Positions 1 to 8,782 of a DNA stretch of 64,000 nucleotides are shown in pieces. This stretch comes from Nitrospirota bacterium (GTDB lineage: Bacteria > Nitrospirota > JACRHJ01). Below the pieces are notes generated by a model, which had not been told where the DNA came from, ran no database searches, and saw only the letters and a list, made by a program, of their open reading frames with translations. Position 1 is the stretch's first letter. Each line of letters begins with the position of its first letter. The translations under genes and the position numbers were made by a program. Location: the NCBI GenBank assembly GCA_021784575.1, contig JAJYHX010000001.1:413917-477916 (forward strand), in the 5' to 3' direction.

Positions 1-66
1 CCAAGGTATGCGCCCGCCGCGAGGACGGCAAGTATCGAAACAAAGATAATCAGTTTCTTTTTCATC
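1..66 (-). CDS. Partial CDS (N-terminus only, runs off window): MKKKLIIFVSILAVLAAGAYL..., likely periplasmic adaptor (membrane fusion protein) of an efflux system downstream of the OEP gene
   Basis: ATG at 66 on minus strand followed by Lys-rich then hydrophobic signal/TM segment; position directly downstream of TolC-like gene in same orientation. Function inferred from operon context only. Confidence 0.35.
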
Positions 67-134
67 TGGAATTCTCCTGTCGGACTGCCAGCCGTCAGCA
101 GCCGGTCTGCCTGAAGCCGGTCTACCGGCCCGGT

Positions 135-1439
135 CTACCTGTTCGAGGCCGGTCTGCCGGGCCGGACCGCCGGTCCGACGGCTGCTTCGAGGCCGGCCGC
201 TTTGGTCTCCCTGTCGGCTCTCCTGTTGTAATATTCCGTCTGGTAACCAAGCAGCGTCCGGATGGAGTCCAGCAGGTCGATATACTGCACCTTGCCGACC
301 TCGTATCCGGCAAGCCCCGCGCTTATGTCGTCGTTCGCCTCCGGGATAATAACTTCCCTGTAGAGCTTTATCATCCTGTCGTCCTTCTCTATCTGCCAGA
401 CGAGGGACTCGACCTTTGTCTTTATCGCGTTCTCTTCGGCGTCTTTTTCTTCCTCCGCCGAGGACTTCAGCAGCGCCGCCTCCTTTATGCCCGGCTCTAT
501 CTTCGACCTGCGCCATATGGGGAGGTTTATGGAGACGACGGCGGAGACCATGTCGGAGGGCCGCACACCGTTATTCTGCCTGTCTCTTTCCATATACTGG
601 GCCGAAACGGTGAAGTCGGGATAAGCCGCCTTCCTTGCGAGCGCAATCAGCGTCTCGCCCTTCTTTATGCGTTCGGACGCGGCCATGATCTCCGGGCGGT
701 TTGCAACGGCTGCCTTTGCAAGCGCCCTGGCGTCGAGGGTAAGCGGCGCGGGTTTTATGTCCTCCACCGCCCCCTCCACCGGGGCGTCCCGCCCGAGGAG
801 CGCGCCGAGCCTGGCCCGTTCCGTCCCGTCTTCCTTCCGGAGGGCGAGCCGCCTGTCGATGAGCATGGACTGCTCGAGCTGCGTCTTGATTATATCCCTC
901 ATGCTGCCAATGCCCACGGAATAGCGGGACTGGGCGATTTTCCCCAGGCTGTCGAGCAGCGCGCCAGTCTTCTTCAGGACTTCCAGGTCCTTCTTTATCC
1001 TGTAGAGCCTGAAATAAGCCGTCTTCACGTCCAGCTCAAGCGACAGGGCGTCTTCGCCGTAATCGCCCTTGACTGCCCCGGCCTCCTCCGAGGCGGCCTT
1101 TTCTCTCAAGGCCCTTTTGCCGAAGAACGGGAATGTCTGGGACAGCCCTATCATCTTCGAGGTCATCATGTCCTCGTCGAATTCAAAGGAGTTTACGGGG
1201 AGGTTCAGGACTCCGGCCATAAGCATCGGGTCGGGCAGCGCCCCGGCCTGCGGCACGCGCTCCAGGGCCGCCCGATACTTGTATTTCACCGCCGAGAGCG
1301 CCGGGTTCTTCGCCCTCGCCTCGGCCAAGAGGGCGGAGAGCCTCAGGGTCTCTCCTGCGTGCGCCGGGACGCCGGGCGCGGCGAAAAGGACAAATGATAT
1401 TAACATCGGCGTTATTCTCATGGCAGAAATATACCTCAT
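135..1439 (-). CDS. Outer membrane efflux protein (TolC/CzcC family)
   Basis: 434 aa ORF with N-terminal signal peptide (MRITPMLISFVLFAAPGVPAHA) and OEP-family features (ETLRLSALLAEARAKNPAL..., repeated coiled/helical segments typical of TolC-like proteins). C-terminal tail RPGRPA encoded by a short GGCCGGTCTRCC tandem repeat. Confidence 0.7.
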   Translation of the reverse strand: MRYISAMRITPMLISFVLFAAPGVPAHAGETLRLSALLAEARAKNPALSAVKYKYRAALERVPQAGALPDPMLMAGVLNLPVNSFEFDEDMMTSKMIGLSQTFPFFGKRALREKAASEEAGAVKGDYGEDALSLELDVKTAYFRLYRIKKDLEVLKKTGALLDSLGKIAQSRYSVGIGSMRDIIKTQLEQSMLIDRRLALRKEDGTERARLGALLGRDAPVEGAVEDIKPAPLTLDARALAKAAVANRPEIMAASERIKKGETLIALARKAAYPDFTVSAQYMERDRQNNGVRPSDMVSAVVSINLPIWRRSKIEPGIKEAALLKSSAEEEKDAEENAIKTKVESLVWQIEKDDRMIKLYREVIIPEANDDISAGLAGYEVGKVQYIDLLDSIRTLLGYQTEYYNRRADRETKAAGLEAAVGPAVRPGRPASNR

Positions 1440-1579
1440 TTATTAAGATATTTCCAAGGAGTAACGGCGGATTCTTCGGCTGCCGCCTCAGAACGGCGCG
1501 CGCTTTTCTAGACGCAGGCGCGCCCTCGAAAGATGCGGCGTTCAAGCCGCTCTTTAAGTTCGCGCCCGCTTGAGCGGGT

Positions 1580-1972
1580 TCAGCAGAGATATGCGGAGTT
1601 AAGTTTATAGACGGGCACGGAGGCCGGAGCCCTCGGCGGGGAGCCGGTAACAAGCGGGGATTTCCCAAGGGAGATTTTTATGGCAAAAGCCGGCGAGCAG
1701 ACGTGCGGCGCGCCTGACAGATACCTTTCAGCCCGGGCCGTATTGACCGTCGCCGGAACAAGCCGCCGGGCGGCCTGGGCCATGCAACAGGGTGTTTTCT
1801 GCGCGCTTATGCTGTGCCCGGATGCGGTATCCGTCCCGCAAGCCGTCACGGCCATGCCCGGGGCCGGCCGACCGGCGCAACAGGGCATGTTGCAGGGTTT
1901 CGGCGGCATGAACGCGCCGAGGAGGTTAAGGCTTATCGCGGCAGCCAGGAATGCTTTGAAAAATATCTTCAC
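1580..1972 (-). CDS. Hypothetical small secreted cysteine-rich protein (uncertain, may be non-coding)
   Basis: 130 aa ORF starting MKIFFKAFLAAAISLNLLGAFM (signal-like) followed by Cys-rich segment (PCNMPCCAG...TPCCMAQ). No recognisable family. Competes with overlapping + strand ORF 1680..2192. Confidence 0.2.
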   Translation of the reverse strand: MKIFFKAFLAAAISLNLLGAFMPPKPCNMPCCAGRPAPGMAVTACGTDTASGHSISAQKTPCCMAQAARRLVPATVNTARAERYLSGAPHVCSPAFAIKISLGKSPLVTGSPPRAPASVPVYKLNSAYLC

Positions 1973-2065
1973 GCTTTATTTATACGTCAGGGACCTTGCG
2001 GCTGTCAAGATAAAACACATGGGGGAATACGCGATATTCCGGAATATACCGGTGTCCCGAAGCCG

Positions 2066-5000
2066 TCAAACGCGGGCAATCGCGTCGTTCATGCGGCCAT
2101 CGGCCTGGTGCATGAACGCCTCAAGGCGGGTTATCGCGCCCGCCTGCTCGTTTCCGTCGTACGACATGGAGATATACGGAAACCCTTCGTAATCCTCGGA
2201 AAATTTCTTTAGAAGCGCGGCGACGATCGTCCCCGGCATACAGTTGAACGGCATCGCGTTCACAAGACCCGAGACCCCCTGGCGCGCGAAGTCAACGCTC
2301 TTGCCCATCGAGAGTATGGCCTCGCCCTGGAAGCTCGCCTTAAGGTAGGGAAGGGCAAGCGACAGGGTCTCCTTTATAGGCGGCTCGTGCAGGGTTTTTA
2401 AGTATCCGTCGAATATCGAGGCGTATTTCTTCTCTATCCTCGTCTGGACGAAATGCGTCGTCAGGCAGGAGAAATATTCGGAGAGCTTGCCCTTGCGCTT
2501 TGAGGCGTCGATATTCGTATGGTTCTGATAGAATATCCACTCCCCGAACGGCGCAAGCCAGACCTCCCCGCCGAGGGCCTCTATCTTCTTTATGACGGAT
2601 TCGTTCGAGAACTCGTTGCTCCGGACGTATATCTCTCCGACGATGCCGATGAGGGGCCTTTGGGTGTGGTTCTTGGGCAGGGCCTCGAAGGCCTCCCGCA
2701 TGTCCCGGAGCGCAGGCTCCATCGGCAGGCCCTTCTCTATGGCGCCGCATATGACCCCGCGAAACTCCCTGTGCAGGGCCTCGGCCGTGCCCTTTTCCTT
2801 CTCGTAGGGGCGGCTTTCGTGCAGGCACTTGTTCAGGAGGTCTGTCGCCACGATGCCCTGCCAGGCGCTGCGCACGAAACTGCTCCCGACCATCCCCAGG
2901 TCGCGGTAGAGGCCCTCGTCCTGGTTCGGGGCGTAGATGGGCACGTCGGGGAAACCGATTTCGTCGAGCACGAGGCGGTGCAGCATGTTATACTGCCCGA
3001 AGCGGCACGGCCCAGTCCCGGAAGGCATGAAGAAGGCCGAAGCGCCGGGGTCGAAACCCGGCTTCGCGCATATCTTCACCATGTCGCCCGTGGTGATGAT
3101 GCAGGGATAGCACTCCTTGCCGGAGGTATGCTTCCTGCCGAGTTCGAGCGTGAGGGAATCCGGCGGCTCCGTAGGCTCGGCCTCTATGCCGTGCCGCCTG
3201 AACGCGGACGCCAGCGCGAAGGCGTGGTCGCACATGCGCGGTATGAATATCTTCCGGGCGCCCCCGCTTTTGGAGTATGACACCTGCCGTATCTTCTTCC
3301 GCGCGGCCTTTAGCATCCCGACGTTCCCGATGGAGTCCAGGAACGCCTCGCACCTCGTTATCGCGCCCGCGTCGGCGGAATGCTCGTCCAACTCGAGCTG
3401 GAGGTATGGTTTCCCGCCCATGACCTCCTTGAAGTACTTCGTCAGGAAGGAGTCCGGCCCGCAGCCGTAGTTCGTGACGTAGAGCGCGTTCAGCCTTTTG
3501 TCCTCCCGGACAATCTCCGCCCCCTGGAGTATCCTCTGGCCGCTCCGCCAGTACATGTTCGGCCACTCGCGGCTGATGTCTATGTCGCCGAGCGGCAGGA
3601 AATCGAGCGGCACGGCGGCGATGCCGAGGTCCCGGAGCTTTTCGGGGAGGTCGAGGTTCAACCCCCCGTCGCAGCCGTTGTAAGGCCTGCTCATTATTAC
3701 GATTGCGCGGCCATCTTCGCCGAGGGAGCCGAGGAATTCCTTCCCGGCCCTTTTAACGCCGTCGTAGAATTCCCTCTGCACCCCAGCCCCCGCCTCAAGC
3801 GCGGACTTTATCCTGCCCGTCCCGATACCGTAATCGGAAAACGCGGCTTTCAATTCCTTCGCCATCTCCGCGGCGTCCAGGCCGAAATCTATGGACGGGG
3901 CGATTAATTTAAGGCCCGGTATGGCCGCGCTTGCGAGATACGGGATGGTCTGGACGTATGGGCACGCAAGCCCCCGCATCTTTGCTCCGTCCTGCGCGAG
4001 GTTTATGAAAGAGGGAAGGAATATCCGCTCCACGCCCTTGTCGATCAAGTCCAGTATGTGCCCGTGGGCCATCTTTATCGGGAAGCAGGACTCGGCGCCC
4101 ACCGCCTCCAGGCCCCGGCGGATGGTGGACTTGTTCGAGCGGTCGGAGAGCATCACGGTAAATCCGAGGCCCTCCAGAAACGCCCGCCAGAACGGGAACT
4201 GCTCGTGGAAGAACAGCGTGTACGGTATGCCGATAACCGGCCTCGAACCCGCTTCGCGCGATGCGCGGGGAGACGCTTCCGGATTCGCCGTTGGCGCCGA
4301 TGTATCGTAGCCCTTCAGGAGCAGCTCCTCCCGGAGCGCGAAAAGGCGCGGGAGTTGATTTTCGTCTTTCGCGGCCTTGCGTTTCACGTCGTATTTCTCG
4401 CAGCGCGAGCCGTAGAAGAGTTTGTCCTTCTCGCCTTCTATGGTCACCTGCCTTATTTCGCATTGGTTGGAGCAGCCCTTGCAATCGAAAGACTTTACGC
4501 TGTAATTGCGGTCGCCCAGGTCGAAGCCCTTGAAGGCGCTTGTTTTGATACCCGTCTGTTCGGCGTGTTTCTTCGCAATGAGCGCCATGCCGATCGCGCC
4601 TGTTACGTCGTGGTGCGGCGGGACGGTGATGGGTTTCCCCGTAACGCGCTCGAATGCCGCCGCGACGCCTTTGTTGAACGCCACGCCGCCCTGGAAGAAT
4701 ATACGCTCGCCTACCTTCTTGTCGCCGACTACCCTGTTTAAGTAATTGTAAACGATGGAGTAGCCGAGTCCCGCGACAAGGTCTTCCTTCGGCGCGCCTT
4801 TCTGCTGGTGGGAGACGACGGCGGACTCCATGAATACGGTGCAGCGCTCGCCCAGGGATATGGGGCATCGGGAAGAAAGCGACATCTCGCCGAACTGACC
4901 TTTGATGTTTATGTCGAGCCTCTCGGCCTGCTCTTCCAGGAACGAGCCGGTGCCCGCCGCGCATACCTTGTTCATCTCGAAGTCCACGACGACTCCGTCC

Positions 5001-6265
5001 CGAAGAGAGATGAACTTGGAGTCCTGCCCCCCTATCTCGAATATCGTGTCCACGGACGGGTCTGTGTCCGCCGCCGCGGTGGCCTGGGCGGTAATCTCAT
5101 TCTTCACGACGTCCGCGCCTATGAAATCGGCAATCATGTAACGCCCGGAGCCTGTCGTGCCCGCGCCCTTTACGGTTATCCTGCCGCCGATCTCCGCGCC
5201 GACCTCGCGGAGGCCCCGGCGCACGGCTTCTATCGGCCTGCCCGCCGTCATCAGATAGCGTTTCGAGAGCACGCGCTTTTCCCCGTCTATCACCACGACG
5301 TTCGTGCTTATCGAGCCTATGTCAACGCCGAGGTACGCGTCGATTTTCCCGCCGCCTTCGATCCTGCCGACCTCCGAGAGCGGGCTGCTGCGCATCAGAA
5401 ACTTTTCGTCCGCCATTAGCGGCGCCAGCCCGCCGCCGCTGTAACGGGCCACCTTAAGGTGGGCGCGCACCCTGTCCGCGCCGTGGAAGGCGCGCATATC
5501 TCCGCGGGCCCCGGCGTAAAGCGCCGCGCCCGCAGCCGTAAGGACGGAGAAATGCTCCGGCACGATTAATCCGTCACCGGTCTCCATTACCTCCCGAAAC
5601 GCCCGCACCATGCCCGCATTGGCCGCCACTCCGCCCGCGAACATCATCGGCGGAAGCATCTTCTTCCCACGGCCTATGGCGCTCTTGAAGTTCCGCGCGA
5701 CGGCGAAACAGAGGCCTGCGACAATGTCGTAGTCCGGCGTGGCGAGCTGCTGGAGGTGTATCATGTCGGACTTTGCGAACACGCTGCACCGCCCGGCGAT
5801 GCGCGGCGGGTTTTGGGACTTGAGCGCAAGCTCGCCGAACTCGTTTTCTATTTTTATGTTCAGCCTCTCGGCCTGCTGGTCGAGGAACGAGCCGGTGCCC
5901 GCCGCGCACGCGGAGTTCATGGAGAAGTCCTTCAGCCTGCCGCTCTCCATCACAAGGAGCTTCGAGTCCTCGCCTCCCATTTCGATAACCGTCCTTGCCT
6001 CAGGGTAATATCTCCCGGCGGCGGCGGAAAGCGCGACGACTTCGTTTACGTGCGTAACGTCGAGTATGCTGGCCAGCAGCTTCCCGGCGGAGCCTGTTAC
6101 GACAAGGGGCGCGCCGTCGGGCAGCTCGTCGAGGAACTCAAGCGCGGCGGCGAGCGCCTGACCGTAATGTCTTTTGTACCGGGATGAGATAATTTCCCCG
6201 TCGGCCCCAAGCGTCACGGTCTTTACGCTGACGGAGCCCAGGTCGATCCCGACCATGCGTTCCAA
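2066..6265 (-). CDS. CoA-substrate-specific enzyme activase fused to 2-hydroxyglutaryl-CoA dehydratase D-component-like domain (two BadF/BadG/BcrA/BcrD ATPase domains plus HgdB-like dehydratase region), 1399 aa
   Basis: N-terminal MERMVGIDLGSVSVKTV (acetate/sugar kinase-fold ATPase start), internally duplicated ATPase module (second copy ~GVDIGSISTNVVVID), then Cys-containing dehydratase-like region. Internal duplication is also visible at nucleotide level (antisense ORFs 3909..4964 and 5574..5909 share the MRGGHRLVP start). Family assignment from recalled sequence signatures. Confidence 0.65.
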   Translation of the reverse strand: MERMVGIDLGSVSVKTVTLGADGEIISSRYKRHYGQALAAALEFLDELPDGAPLVVTGSAGKLLASILDVTHVNEVVALSAAAGRYYPEARTVIEMGGEDSKLLVMESGRLKDFSMNSACAAGTGSFLDQQAERLNIKIENEFGELALKSQNPPRIAGRCSVFAKSDMIHLQQLATPDYDIVAGLCFAVARNFKSAIGRGKKMLPPMMFAGGVAANAGMVRAFREVMETGDGLIVPEHFSVLTAAGAALYAGARGDMRAFHGADRVRAHLKVARYSGGGLAPLMADEKFLMRSSPLSEVGRIEGGGKIDAYLGVDIGSISTNVVVIDGEKRVLSKRYLMTAGRPIEAVRRGLREVGAEIGGRITVKGAGTTGSGRYMIADFIGADVVKNEITAQATAAADTDPSVDTIFEIGGQDSKFISLRDGVVVDFEMNKVCAAGTGSFLEEQAERLDINIKGQFGEMSLSSRCPISLGERCTVFMESAVVSHQQKGAPKEDLVAGLGYSIVYNYLNRVVGDKKVGERIFFQGGVAFNKGVAAAFERVTGKPITVPPHHDVTGAIGMALIAKKHAEQTGIKTSAFKGFDLGDRNYSVKSFDCKGCSNQCEIRQVTIEGEKDKLFYGSRCEKYDVKRKAAKDENQLPRLFALREELLLKGYDTSAPTANPEASPRASREAGSRPVIGIPYTLFFHEQFPFWRAFLEGLGFTVMLSDRSNKSTIRRGLEAVGAESCFPIKMAHGHILDLIDKGVERIFLPSFINLAQDGAKMRGLACPYVQTIPYLASAAIPGLKLIAPSIDFGLDAAEMAKELKAAFSDYGIGTGRIKSALEAGAGVQREFYDGVKRAGKEFLGSLGEDGRAIVIMSRPYNGCDGGLNLDLPEKLRDLGIAAVPLDFLPLGDIDISREWPNMYWRSGQRILQGAEIVREDKRLNALYVTNYGCGPDSFLTKYFKEVMGGKPYLQLELDEHSADAGAITRCEAFLDSIGNVGMLKAARKKIRQVSYSKSGGARKIFIPRMCDHAFALASAFRRHGIEAEPTEPPDSLTLELGRKHTSGKECYPCIITTGDMVKICAKPGFDPGASAFFMPSGTGPCRFGQYNMLHRLVLDEIGFPDVPIYAPNQDEGLYRDLGMVGSSFVRSAWQGIVATDLLNKCLHESRPYEKEKGTAEALHREFRGVICGAIEKGLPMEPALRDMREAFEALPKNHTQRPLIGIVGEIYVRSNEFSNESVIKKIEALGGEVWLAPFGEWIFYQNHTNIDASKRKGKLSEYFSCLTTHFVQTRIEKKYASIFDGYLKTLHEPPIKETLSLALPYLKASFQGEAILSMGKSVDFARQGVSGLVNAMPFNCMPGTIVAALLKKFSEDYEGFPYISMSYDGNEQAGAITRLEAFMHQADGRMNDAIARV

Positions 6266-6299
6266 TTAACGCGCCTCCTTTATGAAATTGCTCGGGAAC

Positions 6300-6400
6300 C
6301 CTCTCCCTGGCCTTCAGCCTTCCCTCTCCCACGCCGGGGAGAGGGAAAATTCTTTACCCCTCGCCCTTTTTATGGGAGAGGGGCTTGGGGAGAGGGTGAA
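6300..6400. repeat. MITE-like palindromic repeat, family B (CCCTCTCCC-N-GGGAGAGGG hairpins), copy 1
   Basis: ccctctcccacgccggggagagggaaaattctttacccctcgccc closely matches 23549..23595 (ccctctcccatgaaagggagaggggtaaactcttaccctccccc). It overlaps and supplies the last ~9 codons and stop of pncB. Confidence 0.6.
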
Positions 6401-7557
6401 GCCAGCCGACGCACCGCGTGCAGGACCTTCTCCCGTATGACGTCCGGCCCCGGAAGCTCCGGGATTAACCTGCCTCCGCGCATAAGCGGGAGCAGCAAGT
6501 CGTTCATCTCCCCGCCGCATTCGCAGTGCCTGTGCTTCTCCGTGAACGGGACGACCTTGTCGCAAAGACACGAAAAGCACCTGATGACGCTCTTGGTCCC
6601 CGAGGCCTTCCCGCGCTTGGAGACGGGTTTTCCGTTTATCTCAACTATGTCCATAGCGAAGTCCACCACGGGCGCGTTAGCAATGGATGTGCCGATGCCG
6701 TAGCCGTCCGCGACCGGGTTCAGTACCGGGATGTCCTTCTCGCCTATCCCGCCGCTCACGAAGAGCCTTATGTCCTTGTGCCCCCTCAAGTCAAGCTCCC
6801 ACCGGACTTCTTCGAGTATGCGGTAGAAATCCCCCCTGCGGGAGCCGGGCGTGTCGAGCCGCATGGCGCGAACCCGGTTCCCCATCGCATCGGCCACGCG
6901 GACGGCCTCGAACTTTTCGTCGTTGAAGGTGTCGATAAGGACGGTCCTCGCGGCGCTCTTCTCGATGACCTCGTCGAACGCCTCCGCCGCGGCCTTCGTG
7001 TCTCCGAATATGAGTATCAGCGCGTGCGGCATTGTGCCCATCGGGTCGTGCCCGATTAGCTCCCCGCTCTTCATGACCGACACGCCGTCGCAGCCGCCGA
7101 TGTATGCGTTTCTCTCTATCATCGGGGCGAGAACGGGGTGCATCCTGCGCGCGCCGAAGGATATGACCGGCCTCTCCCCGGCGAGCTTCTTCAGGCGAGC
7201 GGCCTTCGTGGCGATGCCGGATGCCTGGCAGACAAGCCCCAGGACGGCGGTCTCGTAATGGCCGAAGTCCGTGTAATTTCCCTCCACCTCCATCACCGGC
7301 TGATAGGGATAAAATACCGTGCCCTCCGGCATCGACCGGACGTTTACGGGAAGCCCCGACAGAAGCCCGGCCACTTCCTCGACCCCGGCGAGAACGGCCC
7401 AGTCCCGGTTGTCGGGCAGGGCCTTTGCGATTATCTCCATCCGGACGCGCGCGTCCATCCCCCTGGCCTTCAGGATGCGCATCGTGCGGTCGAAGTATAC
7501 GTCGGTTATCTTGCCGGCCTTTATGTCTTCCGGGTCTGCGGTGTGGAACATCCTCAA
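6370..7557 (-). CDS. pncB: Nicotinate phosphoribosyltransferase (archaeal/Thermus-type NAPRTase with C-terminal zinc-ribbon)
   Basis: 395 aa; MFHTADPEDIKAGKITDVYFDRT...; C-terminal CFSCLCDKVVPF...HCECGG zinc ribbon; adjacent to nicotinamidase gene. Confidence 0.7.
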   Translation of the reverse strand: MRMFHTADPEDIKAGKITDVYFDRTMRILKARGMDARVRMEIIAKALPDNRDWAVLAGVEEVAGLLSGLPVNVRSMPEGTVFYPYQPVMEVEGNYTDFGHYETAVLGLVCQASGIATKAARLKKLAGERPVISFGARRMHPVLAPMIERNAYIGGCDGVSVMKSGELIGHDPMGTMPHALILIFGDTKAAAEAFDEVIEKSAARTVLIDTFNDEKFEAVRVADAMGNRVRAMRLDTPGSRRGDFYRILEEVRWELDLRGHKDIRLFVSGGIGEKDIPVLNPVADGYGIGTSIANAPVVDFAMDIVEINGKPVSKRGKASGTKSVIRCFSCLCDKVVPFTEKHRHCECGGEMNDLLLPLMRGGRLIPELPGPDVIREKVLHAVRRLASPSPQAPLP

Positions 7558-8075
7558 TATACCTCCGCCTTTATCACCTGCTCCATCTCTTTTAGCGCGA
7601 ACTCGTGCATCCGCGTGTCGAGGCCCGCCGCGCAGTCCCTTGGCACGCGCACCCTGAAGCCGCGCACTGCCGCTTCGACAGCCGTGAGCATCACGCAGAT
7701 GTTCGTTACGCAGCCTGTAACCTCGACGGTTTCCACGCCGAGGCCCCGAAGCCTGTTCTCAAGCTCCGTTTTGTAAAACCCCATGAGCGTCTTTTTATGG
7801 ATAATTATATCCCGCTCCGAGGGCTTTAGCTCATCTATGACCTCCGCGCCCAATGAGCCTTCCACGGCGTGAGACGGCCAGCTCCTGAACTCCATGTCGT
7901 CCTTGTCGTGCGCGTCGCATACATAAACCACCGGAATTCCTTCCCTGCGCGCCCTGTCGAGCTCCCGCCGGATATTCGGTATGACCAGCCGCGTCATAGG
8001 GACGTAGAGCGGAGCGTCCTCCCGGCAGAAGTCGTTTAACATGTCGATGATTAAAAGGGCTTCGGCCTTTGCCAT
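7554..8075 (-). CDS. pncA: Isochorismatase-family hydrolase, probable nicotinamidase
   Basis: 173 aa; LLIIDMLNDF...VCDAHDKDD...VTGCVTNICV catalytic-Cys motif of the isochorismatase fold; 4-nt overlap with pncB start. Confidence 0.65.
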   Translation of the reverse strand: MAKAEALLIIDMLNDFCREDAPLYVPMTRLVIPNIRRELDRARREGIPVVYVCDAHDKDDMEFRSWPSHAVEGSLGAEVIDELKPSERDIIIHKKTLMGFYKTELENRLRGLGVETVEVTGCVTNICVMLTAVEAAVRGFRVRVPRDCAAGLDTRMHEFALKEMEQVIKAEVY

Positions 8076-8175
8076 GTCGGATGTGTTCTCTTTTTCGGGG
8101 CTTGCGCGGCCCGCACTTATGCGGAACTCTTATCAAGATAACAGAGAGGTATGGATTTTTCAAGGTTCAGAAGGA

Positions 8176-8206
8176 AAATAAAAGGCCGGTTTAAAAAACC
8201 GGCCCA
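8176..8206 (-). terminator. Rho-independent terminator downstream of iscS-iscU (minus strand)
   Basis: On minus strand: GGCCGGTT-loop-AACCGGCC hairpin followed by TTTTATTTT. Confidence 0.6.
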
Positions 8207-8264
8207 AATTTCATTATGAGCGAAAGAAGCGGCCCGATGCGGCTGCCCATTCATGGGGCGAAGT

Positions 8265-8642
8265 TTACTTAAGCCCCTTTTTACTCCTGTAATCTGAAAT
8301 CGCGCTCTGGAGCGCCTCTTCGGCGAGCACCGAGCAGTGCATCTTCTGGGACGGAAGCCCTCCAAGCGCCTCCGCGACCATCGAGTTGGAAATCTTCAGC
8401 GCGTCATCGAGCTTCTGCCCCTTTACCATCTCGGTAACCATGGAAGACGTGGCAATCGCCGCGCCGCAGCCAAGCGTCTGGAACTTGGCGTCAACTATGG
8501 TGTCGTCCTTCACCTTGATGTAGAGCTCCATTATATCGCCGCAGACCGGGTTGCCGACCTTCCCCACGCCGTCCGGGTCTGTCATCTCGCCGACATTCCG
8601 TGGATTCCTGAAGTGATCCATCACTTTCTCTGAATATGCCAT
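8265..8642 (-). CDS. iscU: Fe-S cluster assembly scaffold protein IscU/NifU-like (N-terminal domain only), 125 aa
   Basis: MAYSEKVMDHFRNPRNVGEM...GNPVCGDIMELYIKV...QTLGCGAAIATSS...KMHCSVLAEEAL: the three conserved Cys of IscU. The track ORF 8265..8993 is an upstream extension; true start is the ATG at 8642. Confidence 0.85.
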   Translation of the reverse strand: MAYSEKVMDHFRNPRNVGEMTDPDGVGKVGNPVCGDIMELYIKVKDDTIVDAKFQTLGCGAAIATSSMVTEMVKGQKLDDALKISNSMVAEALGGLPSQKMHCSVLAEEALQSAISDYRSKKGLK

Positions 8643-8671
8643 TTCTAAGACCTCGTCTCCTTTCAAATGCT

Positions 8672-8770
8672 CGTCACCCCGCGCTTGACACGGCGCCCAG
8701 GAATTTTGAACTCCCTGGATTCCCGCTGGAGCCTGCCCCGGCACGTATAAAGCCGGGGCGGGAATGACGG
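8672..8770 (-). repeat. MITE-like repeat family A (TGTCATTCCCGCG...GGGGTGACAGG), copy in reverse orientation with internal insertion
   Basis: Reverse complement reads ccgtcattcccgcc...cgggaatccagggagttcaaaattcctgggcgccgtgtcaagcgcggggtgacga, matching copy at 10120..10193. Located in the iscS-iscU intergenic spacer. Confidence 0.6.
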
Positions 8771-8782
8771 ATAAAGTGGATA

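Noticed and set aside
1680-2192. 170-aa + strand ORF
   Set aside because: It has no recognisable features and its 3' end overlaps the well-supported 2066..6265 gene by >120 nt. It is possibly a short upstream ORF at most.
2340-5419. Numerous 60-350 aa ORFs on both strands inside the activase gene (for example 2519..3280 +, 3909..4964 -, 4058..4741 +, 4808..5419 +)
   Set aside because: They are nested within or antisense to a long ORF with clear protein-family signatures. This is typical of spurious open frames in high-GC DNA, and their products are Arg/Pro/Gly-rich and low complexity.
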